Numbered from the stretch's first letter, positions 9,268 to 18,530 are shown. The stretch is 64,000 nt of DNA from an uncultured Nitrososphaerota archaeon (GCA_963838925.1 CAWISW010000001.1:347745-411744); one strand, 5' to 3'. Notes: generated by a model not told the origin, from the sequence alone. Program-made: numbers and translations.

Positions 9268-10341
9268 TCAGCCCAGACCCCCGCTGATGCCGCTCATGCT
9301 GTAGGCTGAAATCGTCGCTCCCTGCCCGTTGATCTTCCCCCTGATCTCTATCAAGTCTCTCAACAACGACGAGGCGGTCTCGGGGCCTCCCGCCCCCTTC
9401 CCTATTATCACCTTCGGGCCCGAGTACTCGCACTCGAACTCGACGGCGTTGTTCGCGCCGTTTATGCAGAGGGGGTGGTCCCTCTTTATCACCGTGGGCT
9501 CGACGACGAGGCCCCTCTCCGCGGAAACCGACGCTATGAGCCTTATCGCCTTTCCCTTCTTCTTGGTCTTCAGGACCTCCGCTGAGGACATCCCCCTTAT
9601 CCCGCTCACCTTCACGTCCTTGATCCCCGCCTTGCTCAGCTGCAGGTGGTTCGCTGTGATCACCAGCTTGACCGCGCTGTCGTACCCGTCGATGTCCAGG
9701 GAGGGGTCTGCCTCCGCGTACCCCGCCTTCTGCGCCCCGTCCAGCGCCTCGGCGAACGGGACGCCCTGCTGCTCCATCCTAGTGATTATGTAGTTGCAGG
9801 TCCCGTTGAGTATTCCCCTGATCCCGATGAGCTGGTCGCCGACGGAGCAGGTCTTCCCAAAGTCGAGCACCGGCGTCCCCCCTCCCACCGCCCCGCTGAA
9901 CCTCAGCTGGACCCCGTTGTGCCGCGCGAGCTCGTGGAGCGCGTAGTACGCCAGGGAGAGCGGGCCCTTGTTGCACGTTACGACGTGCTTCCTGCTCTCG
10001 AAGGCGGCCTTCATGTGCGAGAACCCGGGCTCCCCGGTCTTGAAGTTGGTTGGCGTGGCCTCGATGAGGACCTCGGCCTCCAGGTCCCTTATCACGTCGG
10101 CGGCGCTACTCTGCCCCTCGGCCCTGCGCCCCTTCGGGCTCACCCTTCCCGTGTCCTTCTTCGACTTCAGCGCTCTCTTGAGGTCGACCCCGTGCTCGTC
10201 GATGAGCCATCCGGAGCTGTCCATGATGCCGACCACCTGGGGCACCAGCCCGTAGTTCGCCGCGAGCTCCTTCTCCTGGGCCATGAGGAGCCGGGCAAAG
10301 CTCTGCCCGACTATCCCGAAGCCGGCCAGGACCAGTCTCAA
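9268..10341 (-). CDS. hom: Homoserine dehydrogenase
   Basis: GFGIVG, HVVTCNKGP, GILNGTCNY, GYAEADPSLDIDGYD, GAGGPETA. Confidence 0.95.
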   Translation of the reverse strand: MRLVLAGFGIVGQSFARLLMAQEKELAANYGLVPQVVGIMDSSGWLIDEHGVDLKRALKSKKDTGRVSPKGRRAEGQSSAADVIRDLEAEVLIEATPTNFKTGEPGFSHMKAAFESRKHVVTCNKGPLSLAYYALHELARHNGVQLRFSGAVGGGTPVLDFGKTCSVGDQLIGIRGILNGTCNYIITRMEQQGVPFAEALDGAQKAGYAEADPSLDIDGYDSAVKLVITANHLQLSKAGIKDVKVSGIRGMSSAEVLKTKKKGKAIRLIASVSAERGLVVEPTVIKRDHPLCINGANNAVEFECEYSGPKVIIGKGAGGPETASSLLRDLIEIRGKINGQGATISAYSMSGISGGLG

Positions 10342-10449
10342 GGACGGTGCCCAGCCCCGGTTCGGCTTTAGGAGTTTCGGTGGTGCGGGCCTGCCTTCGG
10401 AAGCCTTCCGGGAATGGTTAATAGTTCCAAGAGGCCATTTTCACGCGAC

Positions 10450-11802
10450 ATGAGCGCCCCCAAGGAGCGTGCGACATTCCTGACGCAGGACGAGATACCG
10501 ACCTCATGGTACAACATACAGGCGGACCTCCCGGAGCAGCTCCCGCCGCCGCTCGACCCGGGGACGCACAAGCCCATGTCCCCCGAGCCGCTCTTCAGGC
10601 TGTTCCCGAAGGAGCTCGTCGGGCAAGAGGTCTCCCAGGAGAGGTGGATCAAGATCCCCGACGAGGTGCTCGAGGCCTATCGGTGGCTGCCGCGCCCGAC
10701 GCCCCTCTTCCGCGCGTACAAGCTCGAGAACTTCCTGAAGACTCCGGCGAAGATCTACTACAAGTGGGAGGGCGCCAACCCCACGGGGAGCCACAAGCCG
10801 AACACGGCGCTCGCCCAGGCCTATTACAACATGAAGGAGGGCACGAAGAGGCTCTCGACGGAGACGGGCGCCGGTCAGTGGGGCTCCGCGCTCTCCATGG
10901 CGGGCGCCTACTTCGGGCTCAAGGTCCGCGTCTTCATGGTGGCCGCGAGCTACAACCAAAAGCCCGGCAGGAGGACCATGATGGAGACCTGGGGCGCGGA
11001 GTGCGTCTCGTCCCCGAGCAACAAGACCAAGTTCGGCAGGTCCCTCCTCGCGAAGGACCCCAAGGATCCGGGGTCGCTTGGCATCGCGATAAGCGAGGCG
11101 ATTGAAGATGTGCTCGCCGACGACGGCGCGAAGTACAGCCTGGGCTCGGTTTTGAACCACGTCCTGCTCCACCAGACCGTCATCGGGCTGGAGCTGAAGA
11201 AGCAGCTCGAGATGCTCGACGTCACACCAGACATGGTCGTGGGGAACATCGGCGGGGGCTCTAACTTCGGAGGCTTCTGCTTGCCTCTGATGGGCGACAA
11301 GATCTCCAAGAGGCTGCGAATGGACTTCGTCGCCTGCGAGTCGAGCGCCATCCCGCACACCACCAAGGGGAAGTACACCTACGACTTTGGTGACACGGCC
11401 GGGATGACGCCGCTCCTGAAGATGTACACGCTTGGGAAGGACTACAAGACCCCGCCAATCCACGCGGGAGGCCTGAGATACCATGCGATGGCTCCGATAA
11501 TCTCCTACCTCATCAACAAGGGATACATGCGCTCCGTGGCTTTCACCCAGAAGGAGGTCTTCGAGGCCGCCGTGACCTTCGCGAGGACGGAGGGCATCAT
11601 CCCCGCCCCGGAGTCCGCGCACGAGATCAAGTTCGTAATCGACGAGGCGCTAAGGTGCAAGGAGAAGAGGGAGGCCAAGGTCATCGTCTTCAACAACTCG
11701 GGGCATGGGCTGCTCGACCTGAGCGCGTACCAGGCCTACCACGACGGGAAGCTCGAGGACTGGGCGCCGACGAAGATAGAGTACCCGAGCATGGTCGCGT
11801 AG
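10450..11802 (+). CDS. trpB2: Tryptophan synthase beta chain, type 2
   Basis: PTGSHKPNTA (PLP lysine), TETGAGQWG, GGGSN, IHAGGLRYH, PAPESAH, SGHGLLDL. Confidence 0.93.
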   Translation: MSAPKERATFLTQDEIPTSWYNIQADLPEQLPPPLDPGTHKPMSPEPLFRLFPKELVGQEVSQERWIKIPDEVLEAYRWLPRPTPLFRAYKLENFLKTPAKIYYKWEGANPTGSHKPNTALAQAYYNMKEGTKRLSTETGAGQWGSALSMAGAYFGLKVRVFMVAASYNQKPGRRTMMETWGAECVSSPSNKTKFGRSLLAKDPKDPGSLGIAISEAIEDVLADDGAKYSLGSVLNHVLLHQTVIGLELKKQLEMLDVTPDMVVGNIGGGSNFGGFCLPLMGDKISKRLRMDFVACESSAIPHTTKGKYTYDFGDTAGMTPLLKMYTLGKDYKTPPIHAGGLRYHAMAPIISYLINKGYMRSVAFTQKEVFEAAVTFARTEGIIPAPESAHEIKFVIDEALRCKEKREAKVIVFNNSGHGLLDLSAYQAYHDGKLEDWAPTKIEYPSMVA

Positions 11803-11809
11803 TCTGCCA

Positions 11810-13152
11810 AACGGGCGGTGGACCGCCCTCGGCTTCATCCGTGAGGTAGGGCGAATGGGCGCTTAAATCGAATTTGCAGTTTTGGGTTTCGGCCCAATTG
11901 AAGTCAGCTCTCCGGTTTCGTCTCTATCCGAACAGAAAGCAGGAGTGGAGGCTGATAAGGATGGTCGAGGCCGGGCGGCGACTGTGGAACATTGCTCTCT
12001 GCCACAGGAGACTGCGATGGGAGCAGAAGCGACTCTCCACCTCTTACAGCCAACAGTGCTTGATTCTTACTGCAGAGAGGCGCTTAGACCCGTTCTTGAA
12101 AGAGCTGTACTCACAAGCGGGTCAAGAGATACTCAAGCGCCTCGACAGGGCATTCCAGTCGTACTTCGACGGACGGGCAGGATATCCGAAGTTCAAAAAG
12201 TTCTCCGAATCGGGGTCGTTCACGTATCCTCAGGCTTACAAAGGATCTGTAAAGCCAGACATAGTGCGGAGGAGGCTCTTCCTCTCAAAGGTGGGAAATG
12301 TCAAGGTGGTTTTCCACAGAGAACTGCCTTCCGGGAGCGCGAGGTTGAAGACCTGCACCATTGTTAGGGAACCGAATGGCGAATGGTACGCGTCTCTGGT
12401 CTACGAGGTATACAGGGAATGGCCTCAACCGTGTAAGGCGTTTACATCGCCGGTTGGAGTGGATTTAGGACTGAAATCAGTCATAACCACAACCGATGGA
12501 ATCAAGATTGCACACCCTCAGTTCCTCAGGAAATCAGAGAGGCGGCTGAAGCATCTGAATCGAGCGCTTTCCAAAACGCTGAAAGCTTCGAGGAATAGAG
12601 AAAGAGCTCGCATAAAACTTGCGATCTGCTCGTCGACCGTCACGAGACAACGGACAGATTTCAATCAAAAACTGAGCCCATCACTGGTGCGGAAGCACGA
12701 TTTGATTGCCTTTGAGGACCTGAAGGTCAGGAATATGGTCAGGAACCGCGTTGTTGCGAAGTCCATTATAGATGCCGGATGGCATCAGATTCGAATCCTT
12801 ACAGAATACAAGGCAACATGGGCAGGGAAGCTCGTTGTGGGGGTGCCGGCAGCCTACTCGAGCCAGGAATGCTTCTTTTGCGGCACGCTAAACCAGGTTC
12901 CTCTAAGCGTCCGCGTCTTTGACTGCCGAGGTTGCGGCCGGACGTTGGACCGCGACCTAAACGCGGCGTGGATAGTGCTGAAGCGAGGATTCGCTCAGGT
13001 AGGGCAGGACATGCCCGAACTCAAGCCTGGGGAGACAGGACCTCTACCCGTCCCGGCAACGGGACGCGCAAGCCCCGTCGGTGAAGCAGGAACTACACGC
13101 GGCGAGCATCGAGCCGCTGGAATCCCAAAACCTCAGGTGGGAAGGATGTCAC
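11810..13152 (+). mobile_element. IS200/IS605-family (IS1341-like) tnpB-only element; left boundary approximate
   Basis: Subterminal hairpins at 11813-11845 (GGGCGGTGGACCGCCC; CTCGG..CCGTGAG). Right end ..GGATGTCAC. No TIR or TSD seen. Confidence 0.65.
11898..13152 (+). CDS. tnpB: TnpB (IS605 OrfB type with N-terminal HTH); no stop within the element, ORF reads on to 13565
   Basis: RFRLYPN HTH, GYPKFK, VGVDLGL, IAFEDL, SQECFFCG..CRGCG, DRDLNAA. Confidence 0.88.
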
Positions 13153-13568
13153 TTTTTCGACTCGCGCACGTAGTCTTCGAAGATCGCCTTGACCTTGTCG
13201 GCGGCGAGGCCGGAGCCCTCGGTCACCCCCTTGTCGGTGACCTTGATCTTCTCCATCACGATTATGGCCCCTATGTCCTCCCTCACCGAGACCAGCCCGG
13301 GGAACACCCTGTTGAGCCTCTCGCCCAGGGCCTTGAAGTCGAACGGCCTGTCCGTCAGCCTGATCTCGCGGACGTTGTCGCCGTTCATGGCGACCTTGAA
13401 GACGTTGGGCCCCGCCCCGACCACCTTGTCGAGGACGATGTTGAGCCTCTCGTCCGCCCCCACGAGCTGGCCGTTGTACTCCTTCCCATCGGCCGTAACA
13501 ACCACGACGTGCCTGCCAAGGAAGGCGTTCAACTCCTCCCCGAACTTTCGAAACACAACCGATGACAT
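13149..13568 (-). CDS. Sm-like (Lsm) RNA-binding protein, SmAP3-type with C-terminal domain
   Basis: VVVVTADGKEYNGQLVGADERLNIVL Sm1 motif plus C-terminal FDFKALGERL..PGLV..G..A; start at MSSVVF. Confidence 0.85.
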   Translation of the reverse strand: MSSVVFRKFGEELNAFLGRHVVVVTADGKEYNGQLVGADERLNIVLDKVVGAGPNVFKVAMNGDNVREIRLTDRPFDFKALGERLNRVFPGLVSVREDIGAIIVMEKIKVTDKGVTEGSGLAADKVKAIFEDYVRESKK

Positions 13569-13619
13569 CCGATTCGATTCCTGAACCTCCCGAGAGGGTA
13601 TATAGGAATTATTTCGGCC

Positions 13620-14959
13620 GGCGCTGGTAACTCCTCGGCGCATAGGCGCATATATTTGAATAACGCGAAAATGATTATTGCGAGCGACAAGGTCCGTCAC
13701 CCAGTCCCATTCCAGCCAGCAGCTTGCAAGCTTGCTCTCAGAGTGTCTGACGATGACTTGCAACGCCATTCACTACGCCCAAGAACACAAGATCAAGAGC
13801 CGCAGAGGAATGAAAGGGTTCTACAGGACGCTCAAGGACGTCGAGCTGCCTTTGTGCTACAAGGTCGGGTCGATATCGCGGGCTTGCGCCGTCGTCAACA
13901 GTCGCGAAAAGAGCGAGAGGCGAGGAGTCGCGGTCGGCCACCCCAAACCTCTTCGCCCGGCCGTTTGCATCACCTCGGGGTTCTTCATCACGATGAAGGG
14001 GAGGCTCTTCATCCCGTTGAGGCGTGACAGGTATTTCGACGTCCAGCTCAATCAGTACATAATGGACTGGCTCGCCGACAAGAAAGTGAGGAGCCTCACC
14101 ATTGCTTCCGACTCGCTCTCACTCTGCTACTCGGAGGACATCCGTCCAGCCCCTGTCAGGAGGGTCTACGGCGTCGACAGGAACGAGAAGAACGTCGCCT
14201 TCGGGGACAGAGAGAAGGTCATCCTGGTCGAGATGAAGAAGATTGTCAGGGTCAGGCAGACGACGAGGGAGATAGTCGCCTCGTTCAAGAGGAACGACGT
14301 CAGGATGCGAAGGAAGCTCTTCCGCAAGTACTGGAGGAGGGCGAACCACAGGGGCGACCAGATCCTCCACGCGGCCGCGAACTACGTCATCGACGTGGCG
14401 GCGAAAGACGGGGCCGCGCTAGCCATCGAGGACCTAAGGGGCATCAGGAAGCTGTACCGCAGGGGGAGCGGTCAGGGACCTGACTATAGGTTCAGGCTCA
14501 ACTCATGGCCGCACTGGAAGGCCAAGAAGATGCTCGAGTACAAGGCCGCTTGGAAGGGAGTGACGACGATTGCGCTCACGAGGTCTGACACCTATGGATC
14601 CTCGTCGACGTGCTCGGCGTGCGGGGAGAGGCTCCGCAGTCCTGCGAAGGATGATGTCGCGCACCGGAGGATGCTGTGGTGTCAGGCCTGCAGTAGGTGG
14701 ATAGACAGGGATGTGAACGCGCCCCTGAACCTGTCCATGAGGGGGCGGTCGAGGTTTGACCGTTCCCTTCCTTCCCGGTCGGAGCGCAATGAGGAGGAGG
14801 AAAGGCGCTCGCAACAAGCAACTCCCTCTTCCATCCCGACCGTGAAGGAGGAAGGGCTGGCAGGTGAAGCGGTGACGGGGAACGGGACGACTACCCTAAT
14901 CCTCCGAGTCGATGCCAGCAAGTTGACTCGACGGCGTGAGCCGAAGAGTTAACAGAACC
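13620..14959 (+). mobile_element. Non-autonomous tnpB-carrying element with terminal inverted repeats and 8-bp TSD (copy 2)
   Basis: GGCGCTGGTAACTCCTCGGCGCA (13620-13642) and TGAGCCGAAGAGTTAACAGAACC (14937-14959). TTTCGGCC is directly repeated at 13612-13619 and 14960-14967. Confidence 0.9.
13678..14952 (+). CDS. tnpB: TnpB/Cas12f-like RNA-guided endonuclease, paralog of 400-1659
   Basis: YGVDRNEKN, LAIEDL, CSACG..CQAC, DRDVNAPLN; colinear with copy 1. Confidence 0.9.
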   Translation: MRATRSVTQSHSSQQLASLLSECLTMTCNAIHYAQEHKIKSRRGMKGFYRTLKDVELPLCYKVGSISRACAVVNSREKSERRGVAVGHPKPLRPAVCITSGFFITMKGRLFIPLRRDRYFDVQLNQYIMDWLADKKVRSLTIASDSLSLCYSEDIRPAPVRRVYGVDRNEKNVAFGDREKVILVEMKKIVRVRQTTREIVASFKRNDVRMRRKLFRKYWRRANHRGDQILHAAANYVIDVAAKDGAALAIEDLRGIRKLYRRGSGQGPDYRFRLNSWPHWKAKKMLEYKAAWKGVTTIALTRSDTYGSSSTCSACGERLRSPAKDDVAHRRMLWCQACSRWIDRDVNAPLNLSMRGRSRFDRSLPSRSERNEEEERRSQQATPSSIPTVKEEGLAGEAVTGNGTTTLILRVDASKLTRRREPKS

Positions 14960-14977
14960 TTTCGGCCCGAAGTGCGA
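14850..14977 (+). ncRNA. Predicted omegaRNA of tnpB copy 2; boundaries approximate
   Basis: Hairpin 14905-14930 with loop TGCCAGC complementary to GCTGGCA at 14856-14862; same motifs as copy 1. Confidence 0.6.
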
Positions 14978-15040
14978 GAGCGGCGAAAGGTGGCGCGCTT
15001 CCTCGCAAACGTCAATAACGGCCCGTCGTCGGAGGCCCTC

Positions 15041-16882
15041 GTGAGCGCAAGAAGGCGCTACCTCGCGTTGCGCTTCGTGGTCACCTTCCTCGCCGCCCTC
15101 TCGCTCGTGGACCTCCTCTCGATGCTCGCCGTAGTCGGCTTCCACGCCTACTCGCCTTCGGCGGTCGCGACGGGGGTCCTGGCGCCCATGACGTTCATCC
15201 TGGCGGGAGCGTCGTCGGCCGCGCTGGCCCTTTCGCTCGTCTACGCCCTCCTCGCCTACCCGGCCTACCGCAACACCACGCTCCTCCTGGCTCTCATCGT
15301 GCTTGGGCTCCTCGGGGCCCACCTCTACACCATCAACACGCCCCCGCTGGGCACCACGGCCTCGCTGAGCGCGCCGATCGGGCACCCGGCCAACGACAAC
15401 CTCGTCACCCTGTCTTCGAGCCTCACCGGGACGACCCTCCGCGCCACTGTCGCCGTCTCGGACGTCTCGGGCAGCGACGCGGTCGGCTCGCTGTCCATCG
15501 CCGTGGGGAACACCGTGCTGCCCACCTCGGGATGGACGTTCGCCCCGACCACGGTCACCGCCTTGCAGCCTGGGTCGATCGACTCGGGCAACTGGTCCCT
15601 GCAGTCCGCCCCCTCAGGGCCCGTCACCCTCACCTACGAGGACCTGAAGTGCTACGCCACCGACAAGCAGGTCGACGGCTGCATAATGGACGAGGTCTAC
15701 TACGTCCCCGCCGCGCAGACCCTGCTGGCCGGCGAGAAGTGCGCCCCCTACGCGGACAACTGCAACCTGGAGCACCCCTTCCTATCCAAGGCCTTCATCG
15801 CTGCGGGGATAGCAATCTTCGGGAACGGGACATTCGGCTGGAGGATCTTCGAGGTGCTGCTGGGCACGTTCAGCGTCCCGGTCCTCTTCGGCATCTGCTG
15901 GTCGGTGACCCGCAACCAGAGGCTCTCCCTCTACGCCTCCTTCCTCCTCGCCTTCGAGACGCTCTTCTTCGCCCACTCCAGCATGGCGGTGATAGACGTC
16001 TCCGCCATCTTCTTCGGGCTCCTCGGCTTCCTGTTCTACTTCGCCAAGGTTCGCTGGTGGAAGTTCGATTCCATCGCCCTCACGGCCATCGCGTTCGGCC
16101 TCTCGGCACTCTGTAAGGAGACCGCGATCATGCTCCTCTTCGTCCTCCTCGCCTACCACCTCCTCTTCGGAGACGGGAGCAGGACGCGCCGGGTCCTCTC
16201 GTCCGTCGAGCTCGTCCTGTCCGTCTTCCTGGTCTTCGCCGTGGGCCTCCAGATCTACGACAGCCTCTTCGGGGCGGGTTCGGCGACCACGTTCCTGGGG
16301 CAGGTGGAGTTCATCCTGAAGTACGGGGCCTCGCTCACGATGACCCCGACCAGCCAGGGCTGGATCGACACGGTCCTGAAGACCCCCATCACGCCATGGA
16401 ACTGGATAACATACTACTCCCCGGTCGGATACCTGATCACCAACGTGAAGGTCACCACGGGGACGTCGTCCTACTCGTACGTCTCGGCCGGCTACTACGG
16501 CATCACCGACCAGTTCGAGGTCTGGATGGTCTACCTCTGGGGTGCCTACGCCGTCTACCTCTGGTGGAAGACCAGGGGGACGCAGTTCGCCACCGAGTCG
16601 GACGCGAAGGACTTCAAGGTTGTGCGCCTCGCGCTCGTCTGGTTCCTCGTCATCTTCCTCGCGTACCTCGCCCTCTTCTACTACGGGCGCATCACGTACC
16701 CATACTACTTCATCCAAGCCGTCCCGGCGCTCGCCGTGGGCGCCGCCTACTTCCTTACGAGGGGCTGGTTCCCGAAGCAGATAGCCTACATCGTCCTCGC
16801 CGGAGTCCTCCTCTGGTTCTTCATCTTCTACCCCGACAAGAGCTTCCTCCCGACGCAGCTCAGGGTCTGGCTGGGGCACTGA
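15041..16882 (+). CDS. GT-C glycosyltransferase (PMT/GT39-like) with an extra extracellular domain
   Basis: MDEVYYV, NLEHPFLSK, FGWR, CKE motifs and many TM helices; start placed by alignment to the downstream paralog. Confidence 0.8.
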   Translation: MSARRRYLALRFVVTFLAALSLVDLLSMLAVVGFHAYSPSAVATGVLAPMTFILAGASSAALALSLVYALLAYPAYRNTTLLLALIVLGLLGAHLYTINTPPLGTTASLSAPIGHPANDNLVTLSSSLTGTTLRATVAVSDVSGSDAVGSLSIAVGNTVLPTSGWTFAPTTVTALQPGSIDSGNWSLQSAPSGPVTLTYEDLKCYATDKQVDGCIMDEVYYVPAAQTLLAGEKCAPYADNCNLEHPFLSKAFIAAGIAIFGNGTFGWRIFEVLLGTFSVPVLFGICWSVTRNQRLSLYASFLLAFETLFFAHSSMAVIDVSAIFFGLLGFLFYFAKVRWWKFDSIALTAIAFGLSALCKETAIMLLFVLLAYHLLFGDGSRTRRVLSSVELVLSVFLVFAVGLQIYDSLFGAGSATTFLGQVEFILKYGASLTMTPTSQGWIDTVLKTPITPWNWITYYSPVGYLITNVKVTTGTSSYSYVSAGYYGITDQFEVWMVYLWGAYAVYLWWKTRGTQFATESDAKDFKVVRLALVWFLVIFLAYLALFYYGRITYPYYFIQAVPALAVGAAYFLTRGWFPKQIAYIVLAGVLLWFFIFYPDKSFLPTQLRVWLGH

Positions 16883-16900
16883 TCCCGGGGAGAGCCCTGC

Positions 16901-18448
16901 GTGAACGCGCTAGAGCGACACCCGGCGCTGCGCTTCGTCGTCGCCTTCCTCGCAGCGGTCTCGTTCGTGGACCTCTTCGCGATGCTCGTCATCGTGGGAC
17001 TGCACGCCTACTTCCCGGCCGGCGTGGCGACGGGCGAGCTCTCCCCCATGACCTTCGTCCTCGCGGGAGCCTCAGGGTCAGCGCTCGTCCTCTCGCTGGC
17101 CTACGCCCTCCTCGCCTACCCTTCCCGTCGCAGGACCCTCCTCCTCCTGTCCCTCCTCGTCTTGGGGCTCCTCGGCGCGCACCTCTACACCATCAACACG
17201 CCGGACACGGCGAACTGCAATGACACCGCAAAGAACGTCCAGGGCTGCGTCATGGACGAGGTCTACTACGTCCCCGCCGCCCAGACCATGCTCAGCGGCG
17301 AGAAGTGCGCCCCCTTCCAGGTGAACTGCAACCTCGAGCACCCGTTCCTCTCCAAGGCCTTCATCGCTGCGGGGATAGCGGTCTTCGGGAACGGGACCTT
17401 CGGCTGGAGGATCTTCAACGTCATCCTCGGCACCTTCAGCATCCCCGTGCTCTTCGGGCTGTGCTGGACCGTGACCAAGAACGAGCGCCTCTCGCTTTAC
17501 GCGGCCTTCCTCCTCGCCTTCGAGACCCTCTTCTTCGTCCACTCGAGCATCGCCGTCATCGATGTCGGGGCGATATTCTTCAGCCTGCTGGGATTCCTCT
17601 TCTACTTCGCAAAGGCGCGCTTATGGAAGCTCAGCCACGTCTCGCTCGCCGGGATCGCCTTCGGGGTGGCGGTCCTCTGCAAGGAGACGGCGGCTCTCCT
17701 GTTCATCATGCTGATCTACTACCACCTCTTCTACGCTGAGGGCAACCGCGGCGCGGTGGCGCGTTCGACGGCCGTGCTCTGCGCGTGGACCTTCCTCGTA
17801 TTCGCTGTGGGCATGCAGATCTACGACGGCGCCTTCGGCGCCGGGACGGCGACCACCTTCATAGGCCAGACCTACTTCATCTTGGGGTACGGGGCCTCTT
17901 TCGTGATGACCCCGACGAACCGAGGGTGGCTCGACTCGGTCTTCAACACCCCCATAACGCCACTGAACTGGGTGACCTACTACTCGCCAGTGGTATACCT
18001 CGTCACCACCGTCAAGGTGACCGCGGCCTCTGGGAACTATTCCTACGCCTCCGCCGGATACTACGGAGTCACCAGCCAGATTGAGGTCTGGCTGGTCTAC
18101 CTTTGGGGCGCCTACACCGTCTACCTCTGGTGGAAGACCAAGGGCAAGACGTTCGCCTTGGAGTCCGAAGCGCGCGAGTTTCGCCTCGGGCGCCTGGCGC
18201 TGGTCTGGTTCCTCGTCGTGTTTCTAGGCTACGTCGCCCTCTACTTCTACGGGAGAGTGACCTATCCCTACTACCTCATCGAGGCCGCCCCCGCGCTGGC
18301 GATGGGCGCCGCGTACTTGCTCACCCGGGGCTGGTTCCCGCGGCCGGTGGCCTATCTCCTCCTCGCGGGGGTCTTCATCTGGTTCTTCGTCTTCTACCCT
18401 GACAAGAGCTTCCTCCCGACGCAGCTCAGGGTCTGGCTGGGCCACTGA
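16901..18448 (+). CDS. GT-C glycosyltransferase (PMT/GT39-like), tandem paralog
   Basis: Same motifs; identical C-terminus FYPDKSFLPTQLRVWLGH. Confidence 0.8.
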   Translation: MNALERHPALRFVVAFLAAVSFVDLFAMLVIVGLHAYFPAGVATGELSPMTFVLAGASGSALVLSLAYALLAYPSRRRTLLLLSLLVLGLLGAHLYTINTPDTANCNDTAKNVQGCVMDEVYYVPAAQTMLSGEKCAPFQVNCNLEHPFLSKAFIAAGIAVFGNGTFGWRIFNVILGTFSIPVLFGLCWTVTKNERLSLYAAFLLAFETLFFVHSSIAVIDVGAIFFSLLGFLFYFAKARLWKLSHVSLAGIAFGVAVLCKETAALLFIMLIYYHLFYAEGNRGAVARSTAVLCAWTFLVFAVGMQIYDGAFGAGTATTFIGQTYFILGYGASFVMTPTNRGWLDSVFNTPITPLNWVTYYSPVVYLVTTVKVTAASGNYSYASAGYYGVTSQIEVWLVYLWGAYTVYLWWKTKGKTFALESEAREFRLGRLALVWFLVVFLGYVALYFYGRVTYPYYLIEAAPALAMGAAYLLTRGWFPRPVAYLLLAGVFIWFFVFYPDKSFLPTQLRVWLGH

Positions 18449-18530
18449 CCGTGCCGATTCACGAACGTGTTAATCCTGACCCGAATTGCGAAGGTTTTTC
18501 TACATCAACGCGCACCCACGCGCAGACACC

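Noticed and set aside
13153-13565. TnpB C-terminal fusion domain (563-aa ORF)
   Set aside because: The extension is simply the antisense strand of the Lsm gene.
400-14952. TnpB copies as CRISPR-associated Cas12f
   Set aside because: No repeat-spacer array or cas1/2/4 is adjacent, and the elements are bounded by TIRs and TSDs.
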